Positions 38,167-47,797 of a DNA stretch of 64,000 nt are shown piece by piece. The DNA is taken from contig OZ241907.1 in assembly GCA_965203515.1 (NCBI GenBank), positions 2,944,001 through 3,008,000 of the forward strand, given 5' to 3'. The stretch comes from Spirochaetia bacterium. Its GTDB lineage: Bacteria; Spirochaetota; Spirochaetia; SZUA-6; Bin103. Below the pieces are notes generated by a model. The model did not search any database. It was given only the letters and a program-made list of their open reading frames with translations, and had not been told where the DNA came from. The translations under genes were made by a program, and so were the position numbers. Each line of letters begins with the position of its first letter. The first letter of the stretch is position 1.

Positions 38167-39348
38167 GTGTTAACCACAAAGCCGATCGCCGATACGCCGT
38201 CTTGGGATGAACCCTACCTCATGCTCCACGTGGTGTGGCATCCTCGCTGCTCGGAGTCGGAAGGTGCGGCCCGCCATCTCATTGAGCACTTCACGAGAGC
38301 GCGCTATTCCATTGAGGAGATGGGAGTAAGCGTATTTGAGTGGTCGACCCCACCGGAAGGATCGTCCGTTCCGACACCGATTGCCATGGACACCGGTGAG
38401 GCTGCTGTGGTCGTCGCGCTCATCGCCGATGAGATTCAGCACGACTCCGCGTGGGTCGAATATATTCGGGAGCTTGACAAGCGGTGCCATCCTGACGACG
38501 CCACCGGTGCCCAGAGACGCTTGATTCCCGTAGCGATGACACCTCGATCCATCGCCATTGAACTCGGAGTCCAGGCGTTGCGATGGCACGACTGGGAAAT
38601 GGATCAAAACGGTCGAGCACGGCGCTTGGTCCGTGAAGTTACCTACGAGACCGGCCGAATGCTGCGAACGATGCTAGCGAGCGACCCGAACTTGGCCGGT
38701 CAGATGGAGAAGGTCCGCGTGTTTCTGAGTCATTCGAAACACGATAATGCCGGTGAACGAATTGCGCGGCGTATACGAGACTGGCTTCATGACGACGTTC
38801 AGCTGTCCGTTTTCCTTGATGTCGCCGATATTCCCGCAGGGTTTCCCCCCGATAGGGTGCTGGAAACGGAAGTCCGGCGAAGTGCCGTCCTCATCGTGTA
38901 CACCGACTCCTTCTCCTCACGTGAGTGGTGCGTTCGCGAGGTCTTGGTTGCGAAGGAAAGTGACCGGCCGATAGTCGTAGCCGACTGCATCGAAGATCTC
39001 GACGAGCGAGCGTTTCCCTATCTCGCCAACGTGCCGGTAGTCCGCCTCTGTTCTCGGCAACCCCACGGCGTCGAGCGGGTCGTTGGCCGCCTTATCGACG
39101 AGATCTTCAAGGACTTCCTATGGAGGTTCCGCACGGCAGCCCTTGACCAAGCCAACCCGGATGTGCAGTTCATAGCTCGCGCACCCGAATTGTTGACTGC
39201 TGTCAACATCAAGAAGCCATGCCCAAACACGTCGGAGGTAGAGGTAGTCTATCCTGACCCGCCGCTGAGCATACGCGAACTCAAGTTGATAGACGGATTT
39301 GGGTTAAAATTTCTCAGCCTGAGCCAATGGAGGTGCCATGATGAGTAA
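38167..39348 (+). CDS. TIR-domain protein (N-terminal extra domain + TIR_2)
   Basis: VFLSHSKHD, FLDVADI, SSREWCVREV (catalytic-type Glu), ERAFPYLANVP, YPDPPL. Confidence 0.85.
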   Translation: MLTTKPIADTPSWDEPYLMLHVVWHPRCSESEGAARHLIEHFTRARYSIEEMGVSVFEWSTPPEGSSVPTPIAMDTGEAAVVVALIADEIQHDSAWVEYIRELDKRCHPDDATGAQRRLIPVAMTPRSIAIELGVQALRWHDWEMDQNGRARRLVREVTYETGRMLRTMLASDPNLAGQMEKVRVFLSHSKHDNAGERIARRIRDWLHDDVQLSVFLDVADIPAGFPPDRVLETEVRRSAVLIVYTDSFSSREWCVREVLVAKESDRPIVVADCIEDLDERAFPYLANVPVVRLCSRQPHGVERVVGRLIDEIFKDFLWRFRTAALDQANPDVQFIARAPELLTAVNIKKPCPNTSEVEVVYPDPPLSIRELKLIDGFGLKFLSLSQWRCHDE

Positions 39349-40165
39349 TCGCGACAACGGGTGGATAGCATCCATAGCGATCTCCATTTCCGAAAGCCCC
39401 GACCTGCCGCGCCTGGGAATGAGCGGTCGGCACCTGACCCGCGCCATGGAGACCATGGCGACCTATCTCTTGTCGTCTGGCTACCGCCTCGCATATGGGG
39501 GCGATCTTCGGCAAGGTGGATTCACCGAGCAACTCTTCGATCTGGTGAGCCGATATGATCGGTCACCGAAGTCTCGGGACTTGCCAGCGGTCGTCGACTA
39601 TCTCCCATGGCCGGCCTGCTCAGCCCTCTCCCTTGACAAGTATCGCGATCTCTCGATGCGCTTGGGCAACTCCGCCAAGGTCAAGTGCCTGGCGTACGAC
39701 GGCACGGTACTGCAGGACTTCAAGTTCCCGGAGACCCCGGTGACGAACCAGGATGAGATCACGGAGTCGCTGACTGCCATGCGCCGGACGATGCTCAAGG
39801 AGACCTCAGCAAGGGTCGTGCTCGGAGGTAGAGTAGAAGGCTACAAGGGGTTCATGCCCGGAATTGCCGAGGAAGCCCTGATGACCCTGCAGGCCGGCAA
39901 GCCGCTCTATGTTGCCGGCGGCTTCGGCGGATGCGCTCGAGACATCGCCGTAACCATGAAACTGGTCGAGCCCCTTCACGACCCGCCACGCTCCGCGTGG
40001 GACGGCCACGCGGCGTTTTCCACCTATCGTGCTGACGCTTTGAACAACGGCCTGACCGACGATGAAAACCACATACTGGCAAAGACGCCCCACATTCGCC
40101 AGGCTGTTGGCCTTATACTGAGGGGACTTGATCGCACGCCTCTTCCACCAGAAGGAGATACTTGA
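39338..40165 (+). CDS. SLOG-superfamily protein (LD_cluster2-like)
   Basis: AISISESPDL, LAYGGDLR.GGFTE, SLTAMR, LGG...GYKGFMPGIAEEA, GGFGG. Confidence 0.8.
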   Translation: MMSNRDNGWIASIAISISESPDLPRLGMSGRHLTRAMETMATYLLSSGYRLAYGGDLRQGGFTEQLFDLVSRYDRSPKSRDLPAVVDYLPWPACSALSLDKYRDLSMRLGNSAKVKCLAYDGTVLQDFKFPETPVTNQDEITESLTAMRRTMLKETSARVVLGGRVEGYKGFMPGIAEEALMTLQAGKPLYVAGGFGGCARDIAVTMKLVEPLHDPPRSAWDGHAAFSTYRADALNNGLTDDENHILAKTPHIRQAVGLILRGLDRTPLPPEGDT

Positions 40166-40169
40166 TTCC

Positions 40170-40640
40170 ATGACGAATATCATAAAGAACATATTCATCA
40201 GTCACGTCCACGAAGACGACGAGGGACTTGGCAAACTCAAGGACTTGCTCAAACGCCACGGTATGAACCCGCGAGATTATTCCGTAAATGCAGACAACCC
40301 CAACAACGCCCATGACGACAACTATATCAAATCCGGTATCCTCGCGCCGCGCATCCGCCAGTCGAGCACATTGGTCGTATACATTTCTCCCGAAACCAAG
40401 AGCAGCCAATGGGTTGATTGGGAGATCAAGTACGCTCACAGGAGTCACAAGCGCATCGTCGGCGTGTGGGCATATGGGGAACACGGATGTGATATCCCTG
40501 ACTCACTGGACAAGTACCATGATGCTGTGGTCGGCTGGCAAGGAACCCGCATCATCGATGCTATTCAGCGTCGGATTAACCATTGGGAAAACCCTGACGG
40601 TACGAAGAGGCCGCCGCGAACCATCCGCCGGTGCGCTTAG
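40170..40640 (+). CDS. ThsB-like TIR (DUF1863/MTH538) protein
   Basis: IFISHVHEDD, IRQSSTLVV, SQWVDWEI (conserved Glu), IVGV, VVGW. Confidence 0.85.
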   Translation: MTNIIKNIFISHVHEDDEGLGKLKDLLKRHGMNPRDYSVNADNPNNAHDDNYIKSGILAPRIRQSSTLVVYISPETKSSQWVDWEIKYAHRSHKRIVGVWAYGEHGCDIPDSLDKYHDAVVGWQGTRIIDAIQRRINHWENPDGTKRPPRTIRRCA

Positions 40641-40649
40641 GGCGGGCAT

Positions 40650-41258
40650 ATGCGATTGTATTCTTATGTAGTAAGGTGGGACTATGGATTTGCACCCAAT
40701 CCGTTTCTCGGAACATGCACTCTAGCAACCTGCAAGCCTAAGATCCGTAGATGTGCCAACACAGGTGATTGGATCGTCGGCACCGGCAGCAAGGAGCAGG
40801 GAAGACAGGGACATCTTGTCTATATCATGCAAGTTGCCGAAAAGATGACGTTCAACCAATACTGGAACGACGATCGATTCCAGATGAAGAAGCCAAACAG
40901 GCACGGTAGCCTGAAGCAAGCGTACGGAGACAACATCTACTTTCGCGGTCGTGACGGCCGATGGCGTCAGAGCGACTCCCGCCATAGCCTGGAAGACGGG
41001 TCACCAAATCACGACCACATACATAAAGATACAGCGGCAGACAAAGTATTGATCGGTGGGATCTATGCATATTGGGGCGGGTCTGGCCCTAGGGTCCCAT
41101 CGTGTTTCCGGAACTGGCAAGGATGGGACCTCTGCATATCAGGACGTAGCCACAAGAGCCGTTTTCCGGGAGCCATGGTAGCCGCGTTCGTCGGTTGGTT
41201 TATGGATCTCAACAAACGCGGATTTCTCGGTGAACCATTGGATTGGAATGATGACTAA
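40650..41258 (+). CDS. Nmad2 (nucleotide-modification-associated domain 2) protein
   Basis: MRLYSYVV..DYGFAPNPF...CTLATCKP.IR...GDWIVG...GDNIY. Confidence 0.85.
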   Translation: MRLYSYVVRWDYGFAPNPFLGTCTLATCKPKIRRCANTGDWIVGTGSKEQGRQGHLVYIMQVAEKMTFNQYWNDDRFQMKKPNRHGSLKQAYGDNIYFRGRDGRWRQSDSRHSLEDGSPNHDHIHKDTAADKVLIGGIYAYWGGSGPRVPSCFRNWQGWDLCISGRSHKSRFPGAMVAAFVGWFMDLNKRGFLGEPLDWNDD

Positions 41259-42411
41259 CCCGTGTACTCGGTCGTCAATACACTCCGACAAAGAAGCTAA
41301 CATATTCCCATTGTCGTCGTCGACGACTCTCGAGGATTACCTTCGAGAGATCGAGCCCACCGACCGACTACCCGCGGACCAGGAGCCGGTACTCATGGGT
41401 CTATTCGGCGAGGTGGGCAGTATCCTGGCCGCTCTCAAGAAACGAGTTCGTGACCGATCTGCGTACTCGGAGTATGACGAAGTCGTCGCGGAGGAATTCG
41501 GGGACGCACTTTGGTACTTCGCTGCCTTGTGTCGCCGTCTGTCGATCCCAATGGAGTCGGTAGTCGGCCACATACCAGGTCAAGCGATGCGCAGCGCCAG
41601 CCCTCTTGAGAATCCCGACCTCCCGGCCACACGCCTTGCAGCGACGCTTATAGAACTAGGAACGGCGGCTGCCGCACTACTCCGAATCAGTACTCCGGGC
41701 GCACGAGTCAATGATCTGCTATGCGAATTCTGGACCCGCTACATGGCCTCGTTACATGTCTCCGGCCTCAAGCTGCACGTCGTTGCCATGCGGAACCTCC
41801 GCAAAGCCCGCGGCCGTTTCCTTAAGCCGGACCCGTCAAGCCTACCGACGTTCGACTGCGGTTTCCCCGCTGACGAGCGCCTTCCAGAGCATTTCGAGAT
41901 CACCATCCGTCAACGTCCAAGCGGCCAGACCAACTTGCAGTGGAACGGCGTATTCATCGGCGATCCGCTGACCGACAATATCGCGGATAGCGACGGCTAT
42001 CGCTACCACGACGTCTTTCATCTGGCGCACGCCGCCATCCTGCACTGGTCGCCTACATTTCGCTCTCTGATCAAGCACAAGCGCAAGACCGTCCCTCACG
42101 TCGACGAAGCACAAGACGGCGGAAGGGCCATTGTCGTCGAGGAAGGACTTACCGCTTGGGTATTCTCACGCGCCAAGCAGCTCGGATATTTTGAGTGCCA
42201 TAGCAACGTGTCCTTCGATGTCCTTAAGACGGTACAGCAGTTTGTACAAGGATATGAGGTCGATGAATGCCCACTCAACCTATGGGAGAAGGCCATCCTC
42301 CAAGGCTATGAGGTCTTCAGACAGGTTCGTGATAATGACGGAGGCATCATCGTGGGCGACCGTAGGACGAGGAAGATCGCTTACAGGCCGTTGGCGGACG
42401 ACGGTTCATGA
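41248..42411 (+). CDS. MazG-like NTP pyrophosphohydrolase with MazG_C domain
   Basis: GLFGEVGS...KKRVRD...EEFGDALWY; C-terminal GDPLTDN..DGYRYHDVFH...WSP...DEAQDGGRA..EEG. Confidence 0.85.
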   Translation: MMTNPCTRSSIHSDKEANIFPLSSSTTLEDYLREIEPTDRLPADQEPVLMGLFGEVGSILAALKKRVRDRSAYSEYDEVVAEEFGDALWYFAALCRRLSIPMESVVGHIPGQAMRSASPLENPDLPATRLAATLIELGTAAAALLRISTPGARVNDLLCEFWTRYMASLHVSGLKLHVVAMRNLRKARGRFLKPDPSSLPTFDCGFPADERLPEHFEITIRQRPSGQTNLQWNGVFIGDPLTDNIADSDGYRYHDVFHLAHAAILHWSPTFRSLIKHKRKTVPHVDEAQDGGRAIVVEEGLTAWVFSRAKQLGYFECHSNVSFDVLKTVQQFVQGYEVDECPLNLWEKAILQGYEVFRQVRDNDGGIIVGDRRTRKIAYRPLADDGS

Positions 42412-43118
42412 CTCCTGGTCAATTCGTCGAGGAATTGAGCAGACTTCGTTTCGCAAATACGTTCAACCCCTACTCCAACCGATGCGACCGTCACGATGTG
42501 TATGACGCGCCCAAGCTTCGCTCCCGTATGTTGATCGAGATGCTTGATGCCGCAGCGGCTAGAATGGTCGATTCTATATGGGTGGGACGAGATCTTGGCT
42601 ATCGCGGCGGACGGCGAACCGGACTCGCATTCACTGACGACGCGCACCTCTACTACCACGCCCAACGTTGGGGAATATCCGGTTGCCGCCCAACCATCAA
42701 TGCTTCCTACGCCGAGCGGACGGCTTCAATCATCTGGCGCGTACTTTCCAGAATTGATCTTCCGATTTTCTTGTGGAATGTCTTTCCGCTACACCCTTAC
42801 GAGCCGGGCAACCACTTTAGTAATCGATTACACAACAGCCGCGAACGGCAGGCCGGTGAACGACTTCTGCGGCAATTGATTGCTTTGCTGGAGCCGCGGC
42901 GGTTGATAGCGATCGGCAACGATGCCGCGCGAGTGGTATTCAGCCTGTCCACACAGTGTGACGTCGAGTATGTACGCCATCCCAGCTACGGAGGACGAGC
43001 GCTCTTCATGTCGAAAATGTGTAAATTGTACAATCTTGATGATGGTTTCGCGGGAACAGACTATACGCCACAACTCAATGGCTTCTCTGGGCCTCAAGAA
43101 AGATCAACGATCCGATGA
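42408..43118 (+). CDS. Uracil-DNA glycosylase superfamily (UDG-like) protein
   Basis: FNPY, GRDLGYRGGRRTGLAFTD, ERTA, WNVFPLHP, RHPSYGG. Confidence 0.85.
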   Translation: MTPGQFVEELSRLRFANTFNPYSNRCDRHDVYDAPKLRSRMLIEMLDAAAARMVDSIWVGRDLGYRGGRRTGLAFTDDAHLYYHAQRWGISGCRPTINASYAERTASIIWRVLSRIDLPIFLWNVFPLHPYEPGNHFSNRLHNSRERQAGERLLRQLIALLEPRRLIAIGNDAARVVFSLSTQCDVEYVRHPSYGGRALFMSKMCKLYNLDDGFAGTDYTPQLNGFSGPQERSTIR

Positions 43119-43142
43119 TAGCCACGCCTGAAGAGATGCGTC

Positions 43143-43778
43143 ATGTCTAATCGAGTTGGAGCCGGGAAGCTCATCGTCTTCGAGGGACCTGACGGCGTAG
43201 GAAAGTCTACGCTCGCGCGATGTCTTTCCGAGCGGCTCCTGAACGGTGGCATCAGGTCCGAGTACACAGCATTTCCAGGTAATTCTCCCGGCACTATAGG
43301 TCGGATAATCTATGATATCCATCACGATCCAGCGAGTTTCGGTATCGAGAAACTCTCTCCTACAAGCCTTCAAGCCCTACACATTGCTGCACATTTAGAT
43401 GCGATCGAACGGTCCATAATGCGGTCACTGAACGAAGGCATCTGGGTCATTCTTGATCGTTTCTGGTGGTCCACGAGGGTCTACGGTTCTGTATCCGGCG
43501 TGGGCCAAAGCGTCCTGAACGCGATGATTGACGTTGAGAAACTTCAGTGGGGAGACACACAGCCGGATGTGCTCTTTCTAATTGCTCGTTCGGAATCAGC
43601 TACGTGCTCCAATTGTGACCTTCGCAAGGAATACCGATTGCTGTACGAGTCAGAGCGGAACAGATATCCCGTACACACGATGCAGAATGACGGTACGATT
43701 GGTGATTCCATAAGCGAAATACTTGCGGTTCTGGATCTAGATGATCGCTTCGGCGCGGACTCCGATCAAAGCAGCTAA
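43143..43778 (+). CDS. Thymidylate kinase-like protein
   Basis: LIVFEGPDGVGKST P-loop and WVILDRFWWST. Confidence 0.85.
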   Translation: MSNRVGAGKLIVFEGPDGVGKSTLARCLSERLLNGGIRSEYTAFPGNSPGTIGRIIYDIHHDPASFGIEKLSPTSLQALHIAAHLDAIERSIMRSLNEGIWVILDRFWWSTRVYGSVSGVGQSVLNAMIDVEKLQWGDTQPDVLFLIARSESATCSNCDLRKEYRLLYESERNRYPVHTMQNDGTIGDSISEILAVLDLDDRFGADSDQSS

Positions 43779-43799
43779 GCCAGCTAAGTATCCAACGGC

Positions 43800-44260
43800 T
43801 CGGCGTCCGCTGATGTGGGCCGGTTGGCGCAGCTTGCGCTGATGGCGGCGGCGCGCCGCGAGATGAGGACGGCGCTGGAGGCGGCGGTGCGGCTCATGGG
43901 AGAGTTGGACCGGGCGGGACAGAGCGAACGGTTCGCGGTGGTGGTGTTGTACGTGCTCCGCACGCAGGATGAGGAGACGTTGCGGGAGTTCGGCGCGGCG
44001 CTGCGGCGGGAAGTACGGGGACCAGGAGGAGTATGAATACGTATGGGGAGCAGCTGATCCAGGAAGGCCGTCTGGAAGGCATCCGGGAAGGCGTGCTGAA
44101 AGGCCGGCAGGAGGGCCGCCAGGAAGGCCAGGTGGCCACCATCGAGAGCTTTCTGCGCGCCGGCGTCGAGTGGTCGATCATCGAGCAGGCTACCGGCATC
44201 GGCCAGCAGGCGTTCGAGTTGCTCCGCCAACGGACCCACGCGTCAGATCGGGAGCGCTGA
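43800..44260 (+). pseudogene. C-terminal remnant of an Rpn/YhgA-like (PD-(D/E)XK transposase_31) gene
   Basis: MNTYGEQLIQEG...EGRQEGRQEG tail; no N-terminus; two frames. Confidence 0.65.
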
Positions 44261-44273
44261 CCGGGCGCGCGTA

Positions 44274-45032
44274 CTACCGGAGCGCGTCCAGCACCGCTTG
44301 GTGGAGGATGCCGTTGGTGGCCACGAAGGTGCCGCGGTGCACCGATTCGGTGCCGTCGGCGTTGGACCAGCGCCCGCCCGCCTCGGCGATGATCGCCGCC
44401 GCCGCGGCGCAGTCCCACGGGGCGTCGAGCAGGTTGACGCAGAAGTCGATGCGGCCGGTGGCCAGACAGACGTACGAGTAGGCGTCCATGAATCCGTAGC
44501 TGTAGCCGGTGCGGCGCAGCAGCGCGAACAGGCGCGCGCCGAGCGGCTCGTCGTACCGCTGCAGGTGGCCCAGGCCGCTGCCGATGGCGTCGGCCACCGC
44601 GCCGGTCTCCGACACGCGCGCCGGCTCGCCGTTGCACCAGGCGCCGCCGCCGCGCGCCGCCCAGCAGGTCAGCCGCATCGCCGGCAGGTGGATCACGCCG
44701 AGCGCCGGGCCGGCGGCGTCCTCCAGCGCGATCAGCACCGCGTGCGTGACGATCCCCCGGATGTAGGGCCGGGTACCGTCCAGCGGGTCGACGATCCAGG
44801 TGCGGCCGCTCCGCCCGCCGGCCGCGCCGGACTCCTCGCCCAGGAAGCCGTCGGCCGGAAACGCGCCGAGCAGCTCGCCGCGGATCAGCGCCTCGCACCG
44901 GCGGTCGACCTCGGTCACCGGCGACGCGTCCTCCTTGATCGAGACGTCCGCCGCGCCGCGCCGCGCGAGCTGGATGGCGCCGGCGGCGTCGGCGGCCCGC
45001 CTGGCCGCCTGCAGCTCGGCGTCGAACGGCAC
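44274..45032 (-). CDS. Inositol monophosphatase/HisN family protein
   Basis: PVTEVD, GEESG, WIVDPLDGT, PWDCAA. Confidence 0.9.
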   Translation of the reverse strand: MPFDAELQAARRAADAAGAIQLARRGAADVSIKEDASPVTEVDRRCEALIRGELLGAFPADGFLGEESGAAGGRSGRTWIVDPLDGTRPYIRGIVTHAVLIALEDAAGPALGVIHLPAMRLTCWAARGGGAWCNGEPARVSETGAVADAIGSGLGHLQRYDEPLGARLFALLRRTGYSYGFMDAYSYVCLATGRIDFCVNLLDAPWDCAAAAAIIAEAGGRWSNADGTESVHRGTFVATNGILHQAVLDALR

Positions 45033-45052
45033 CGTCCCCCCCGGCCGGCCGG

Positions 45053-46252
45053 TCAGCCGTCGATCGACGGGATCGGCACCTGCGGATCGACGTCGGCGCG
45101 GTAGTCGACGTCCGGCATCCCGAAGCCGAACAGCCGCAGGAACTCGCGCCGGTAGCCGTCGACGTCGAGGACCTGCCGGTACCCCTGCTCGGTGACCTGC
45201 TCCCAGCGCTCCCGTACCGCCGCCTGCACCGCCTCCGCCATCTCGTGGTCGTCCAGCCGGATGCGGCCGGCCTCATCCACGGGGACGCCGCCGCGAACGC
45301 ACAACCGCTCCCGGAACAGGCGGTCGATCTGCTCGATGCACCCCTCGTCCGTGCCCCGCTCGCGCAGCAGCGGCGCAAGCATGGCCAGATAGACGGCGAC
45401 CGTCGGGATCGCGGCGCTGGCCTGCGTCACCAGCGCGCGGTTGACCGACAGCAGCGCCCGGCCGCCGCACCGCGCGCGCAGCCACCGGTCGAGCGCGTCG
45501 GCGGTCCGCTGCAGGTCCTCCTTGGCCTTGCCGATCGTGCCGTCGCGGTAGATCGGCCACGTGTGCTCGGGTCCCAGGTAGGTGTAGGCCACGGTGCGGC
45601 AGCCGTCGGCCAGCGCGCCCGCGCCGTGCAGCGACTCGATCCAGCGGCGCCAGTCGTCGCCGCCCATCACCGCCACGGTCTGCTCGATCTCGTCTTCGGT
45701 GGCCGGCTCGATGCCGGCGTCGGCCAGGGCGCCGGTGCGGGCGTCGATCGTCTTGCCCGTGAACGGAGCGCCGATCGGCTTGATGACCGAGTTGCAGGTC
45801 CGCCCGCTCTCCGGATCGATGCGCCGCGGCGCGGCCAGGCTGTAGATCACCAGATCGACCGAGCCGTCCAGATGCCGGGCGATCAGCTCGGCGACCCGTT
45901 CCTTGGCCGCATCCGCGAAGGCGTCGCCGTTGTAGCTCCACGCGCCCAGGCCGGCGTCGGCCGCCGCCCGCTCGAACGCCGCGCTGTTGTACCAGCCGGC
46001 GGAGGCGGTCCGCCGGGCCGAGCCGGGCCGCTCGAAGAAGACGCCGGCGGTCTTGGCCCCGCACCCGAACGCGGCGACGATGCGCGACGCCAGTCCGTAG
46101 CCGGTCGACGCGCCGACCACCAGCACCGACCGCGGGCCGTCGATCGGGCCCCGCGCGCGGACGTGGGCGATCTGCTCGCCCACGTTGGCGGCGCACCCGT
46201 CGGGGTGCGCGGTCATGCAGATGAAGCCGCGCACGCGCGGTTCGATGATCAT
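45053..46252 (-). CDS. fabV: Enoyl-ACP/trans-2-enoyl-CoA reductase FabV
   Basis: MIIEPRVRGFIC.TAHP.GC, GASTGYGLASRI, YSLAAPRR, GTIGKAK, FGF. Confidence 0.95.
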   Translation of the reverse strand: MIIEPRVRGFICMTAHPDGCAANVGEQIAHVRARGPIDGPRSVLVVGASTGYGLASRIVAAFGCGAKTAGVFFERPGSARRTASAGWYNSAAFERAAADAGLGAWSYNGDAFADAAKERVAELIARHLDGSVDLVIYSLAAPRRIDPESGRTCNSVIKPIGAPFTGKTIDARTGALADAGIEPATEDEIEQTVAVMGGDDWRRWIESLHGAGALADGCRTVAYTYLGPEHTWPIYRDGTIGKAKEDLQRTADALDRWLRARCGGRALLSVNRALVTQASAAIPTVAVYLAMLAPLLRERGTDEGCIEQIDRLFRERLCVRGGVPVDEAGRIRLDDHEMAEAVQAAVRERWEQVTEQGYRQVLDVDGYRREFLRLFGFGMPDVDYRADVDPQVPIPSIDG

Positions 46253-47013
46253 GGGCCGGTACCCTCCGGTCTCCGCCGGCCGGTGTCAAACGCACCCTCG
46301 CGCACCGCGCGGCGCAGCAGCGCTCCGGCGCTCGGCAGCGATCGCACCGCGTACCGCGCGGCCAGGATCAACCGCTGATCGGCGGTGAGGCCGCCGTCCG
46401 CGCCAAGCGCCGCCGCGCGCGAGCGGCGCGCGTGCTGCAGCACCATCGCCACGGCGACGCTGACGTTGAAGCTGCGCGTGAAGCCGTCCATCGGGATCGA
46501 GAACCAGCCGTCGGCGGCCGCCGCGGTCGCCTCCGTGACGCCCGCGTGCTCGTTGCCGAACACCACGGCGACCGGCGGCGAGAAGTCGACCTGTTCGAGC
46601 GTCGACCCGCTGCCGGCGCGGGTCGCCAGCACGCGGTAGCCGGCGCCGCGCAGCCGATCGAGCCACCGTTCGCCGGGGTTCCACCACGCCACCTCCAGCC
46701 ACCGGTCCGCCCCCTGGGTGACGCGGTTGGGCGGGCGAGCGGCCGCCCCCGGTCCGGCCGCCGCCCTGACCACGTGCACGGCCGGGAAGCCGACCCCCTC
46801 GCAGGTGCGCAGCACGGCGGCGACGTTGCCGTCGTCGTGGACCTGCTCCAGCACCGTGGCGACCGCAAAGCTGCGCCGGGCGGCCACCTCGCGGATGCGC
46901 TGCCGCCGCGCCGGCGTCAGGTGCGGGGCCAGCAGCGACCAGACCGCGGCCGCCGGCAACGCTATGCCGTCGACCTCGACGGTGGCAGAATGGGGAAATG
47001 GTTGCGAGCGCAT
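46249..47013 (-). CDS. TrmH/SpoU RNA methyltransferase
   Basis: NVAAVLRTCE, VFGNEHAGV, IPMDGFTRSFNVSVA. Confidence 0.9.
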   Translation of the reverse strand: MRSQPFPHSATVEVDGIALPAAAVWSLLAPHLTPARRQRIREVAARRSFAVATVLEQVHDDGNVAAVLRTCEGVGFPAVHVVRAAAGPGAAARPPNRVTQGADRWLEVAWWNPGERWLDRLRGAGYRVLATRAGSGSTLEQVDFSPPVAVVFGNEHAGVTEATAAAADGWFSIPMDGFTRSFNVSVAVAMVLQHARRSRAAALGADGGLTADQRLILAARYAVRSLPSAGALLRRAVREGAFDTGRRRPEGTGP

Positions 47014-47711
47014 GCGCGGTGCCGGGCGCCTTGAGGGTACGCGCCCGGCGCGCCGGCGTCACCGCGCTGCTGCTGGCCGCCACCGCCGCGCCGGCGGGCG
47101 CGGACGCCCTCTGGGAGCGGGCCGTCGCCCTGGTGACGGCCGGCCGGCACCTGGTCCCCGGCACGCGGGTGACGCGCACGCAGGAGCACGCCGCGGACGG
47201 CACGCTCCGGTCGGTCCGCGAAACCGAAGCGCGCGCGCGGATCGACGACGGCGAACTGACCTACGAGCTGGTGCGCTCCATGCAGGACGGGCAGGAGACC
47301 GATGCCGACGGCGCGACCGGCGCCAGCGCCACGCAGTTCTCCGACGCGTTCCAGGCCGACCTGCCGGCCATCGTCGGCGCCGAGCGCGACGGCGGGACGC
47401 GCACGATACGCGGGCAGCGGGCGGTCGGCTACCGCATCGAGCAGCCGCAAGATCGGTACACGATCCGCGGGCGGGCCTGGATATCGGAGCAGGGCGTCCC
47501 GCTGGAGCTCCAATACACGGTCGACCCGCTGCCGCGGATGGTGAGCGCCATGGGCCTCCGCGCGACCTACGAGCTCGAGGACGGGCAAGCCCTGGTCAGC
47601 GAGGTCGTCGTCCAGGTCGACGTCAGCGTCCTCATCTTCTACCGCGCGCGGTACACGATCACCGTCTTCCTGGAAGACTACTTCGATCCCGGCTTCGATC
47701 CCGGCGCCTGA
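46998..47711 (+). CDS. Hypothetical exported protein (start uncertain)
   Basis: Signal-like segment followed by a beta-rich sequence; host-like codon usage. Confidence 0.6.
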   Translation: MVASACAVPGALRVRARRAGVTALLLAATAAPAGADALWERAVALVTAGRHLVPGTRVTRTQEHAADGTLRSVRETEARARIDDGELTYELVRSMQDGQETDADGATGASATQFSDAFQADLPAIVGAERDGGTRTIRGQRAVGYRIEQPQDRYTIRGRAWISEQGVPLELQYTVDPLPRMVSAMGLRATYELEDGQALVSEVVVQVDVSVLIFYRARYTITVFLEDYFDPGFDPGA

Positions 47712-47797
47712 CGGTCCGCCCGCCCCATGCTGCGTCAGCCCTGCGCTGAAGCGCCGGGGCCGGCAGCGCCGTTAACCGGTCGAGGTCTCTTGCGAAG

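Noticed and set aside
38167..40640. Canonical Thoeris (ThsA+ThsB)
   Set aside because: No SIR2-SLOG or TM-macrodomain ThsA in the operon; the SLOG is stand-alone.
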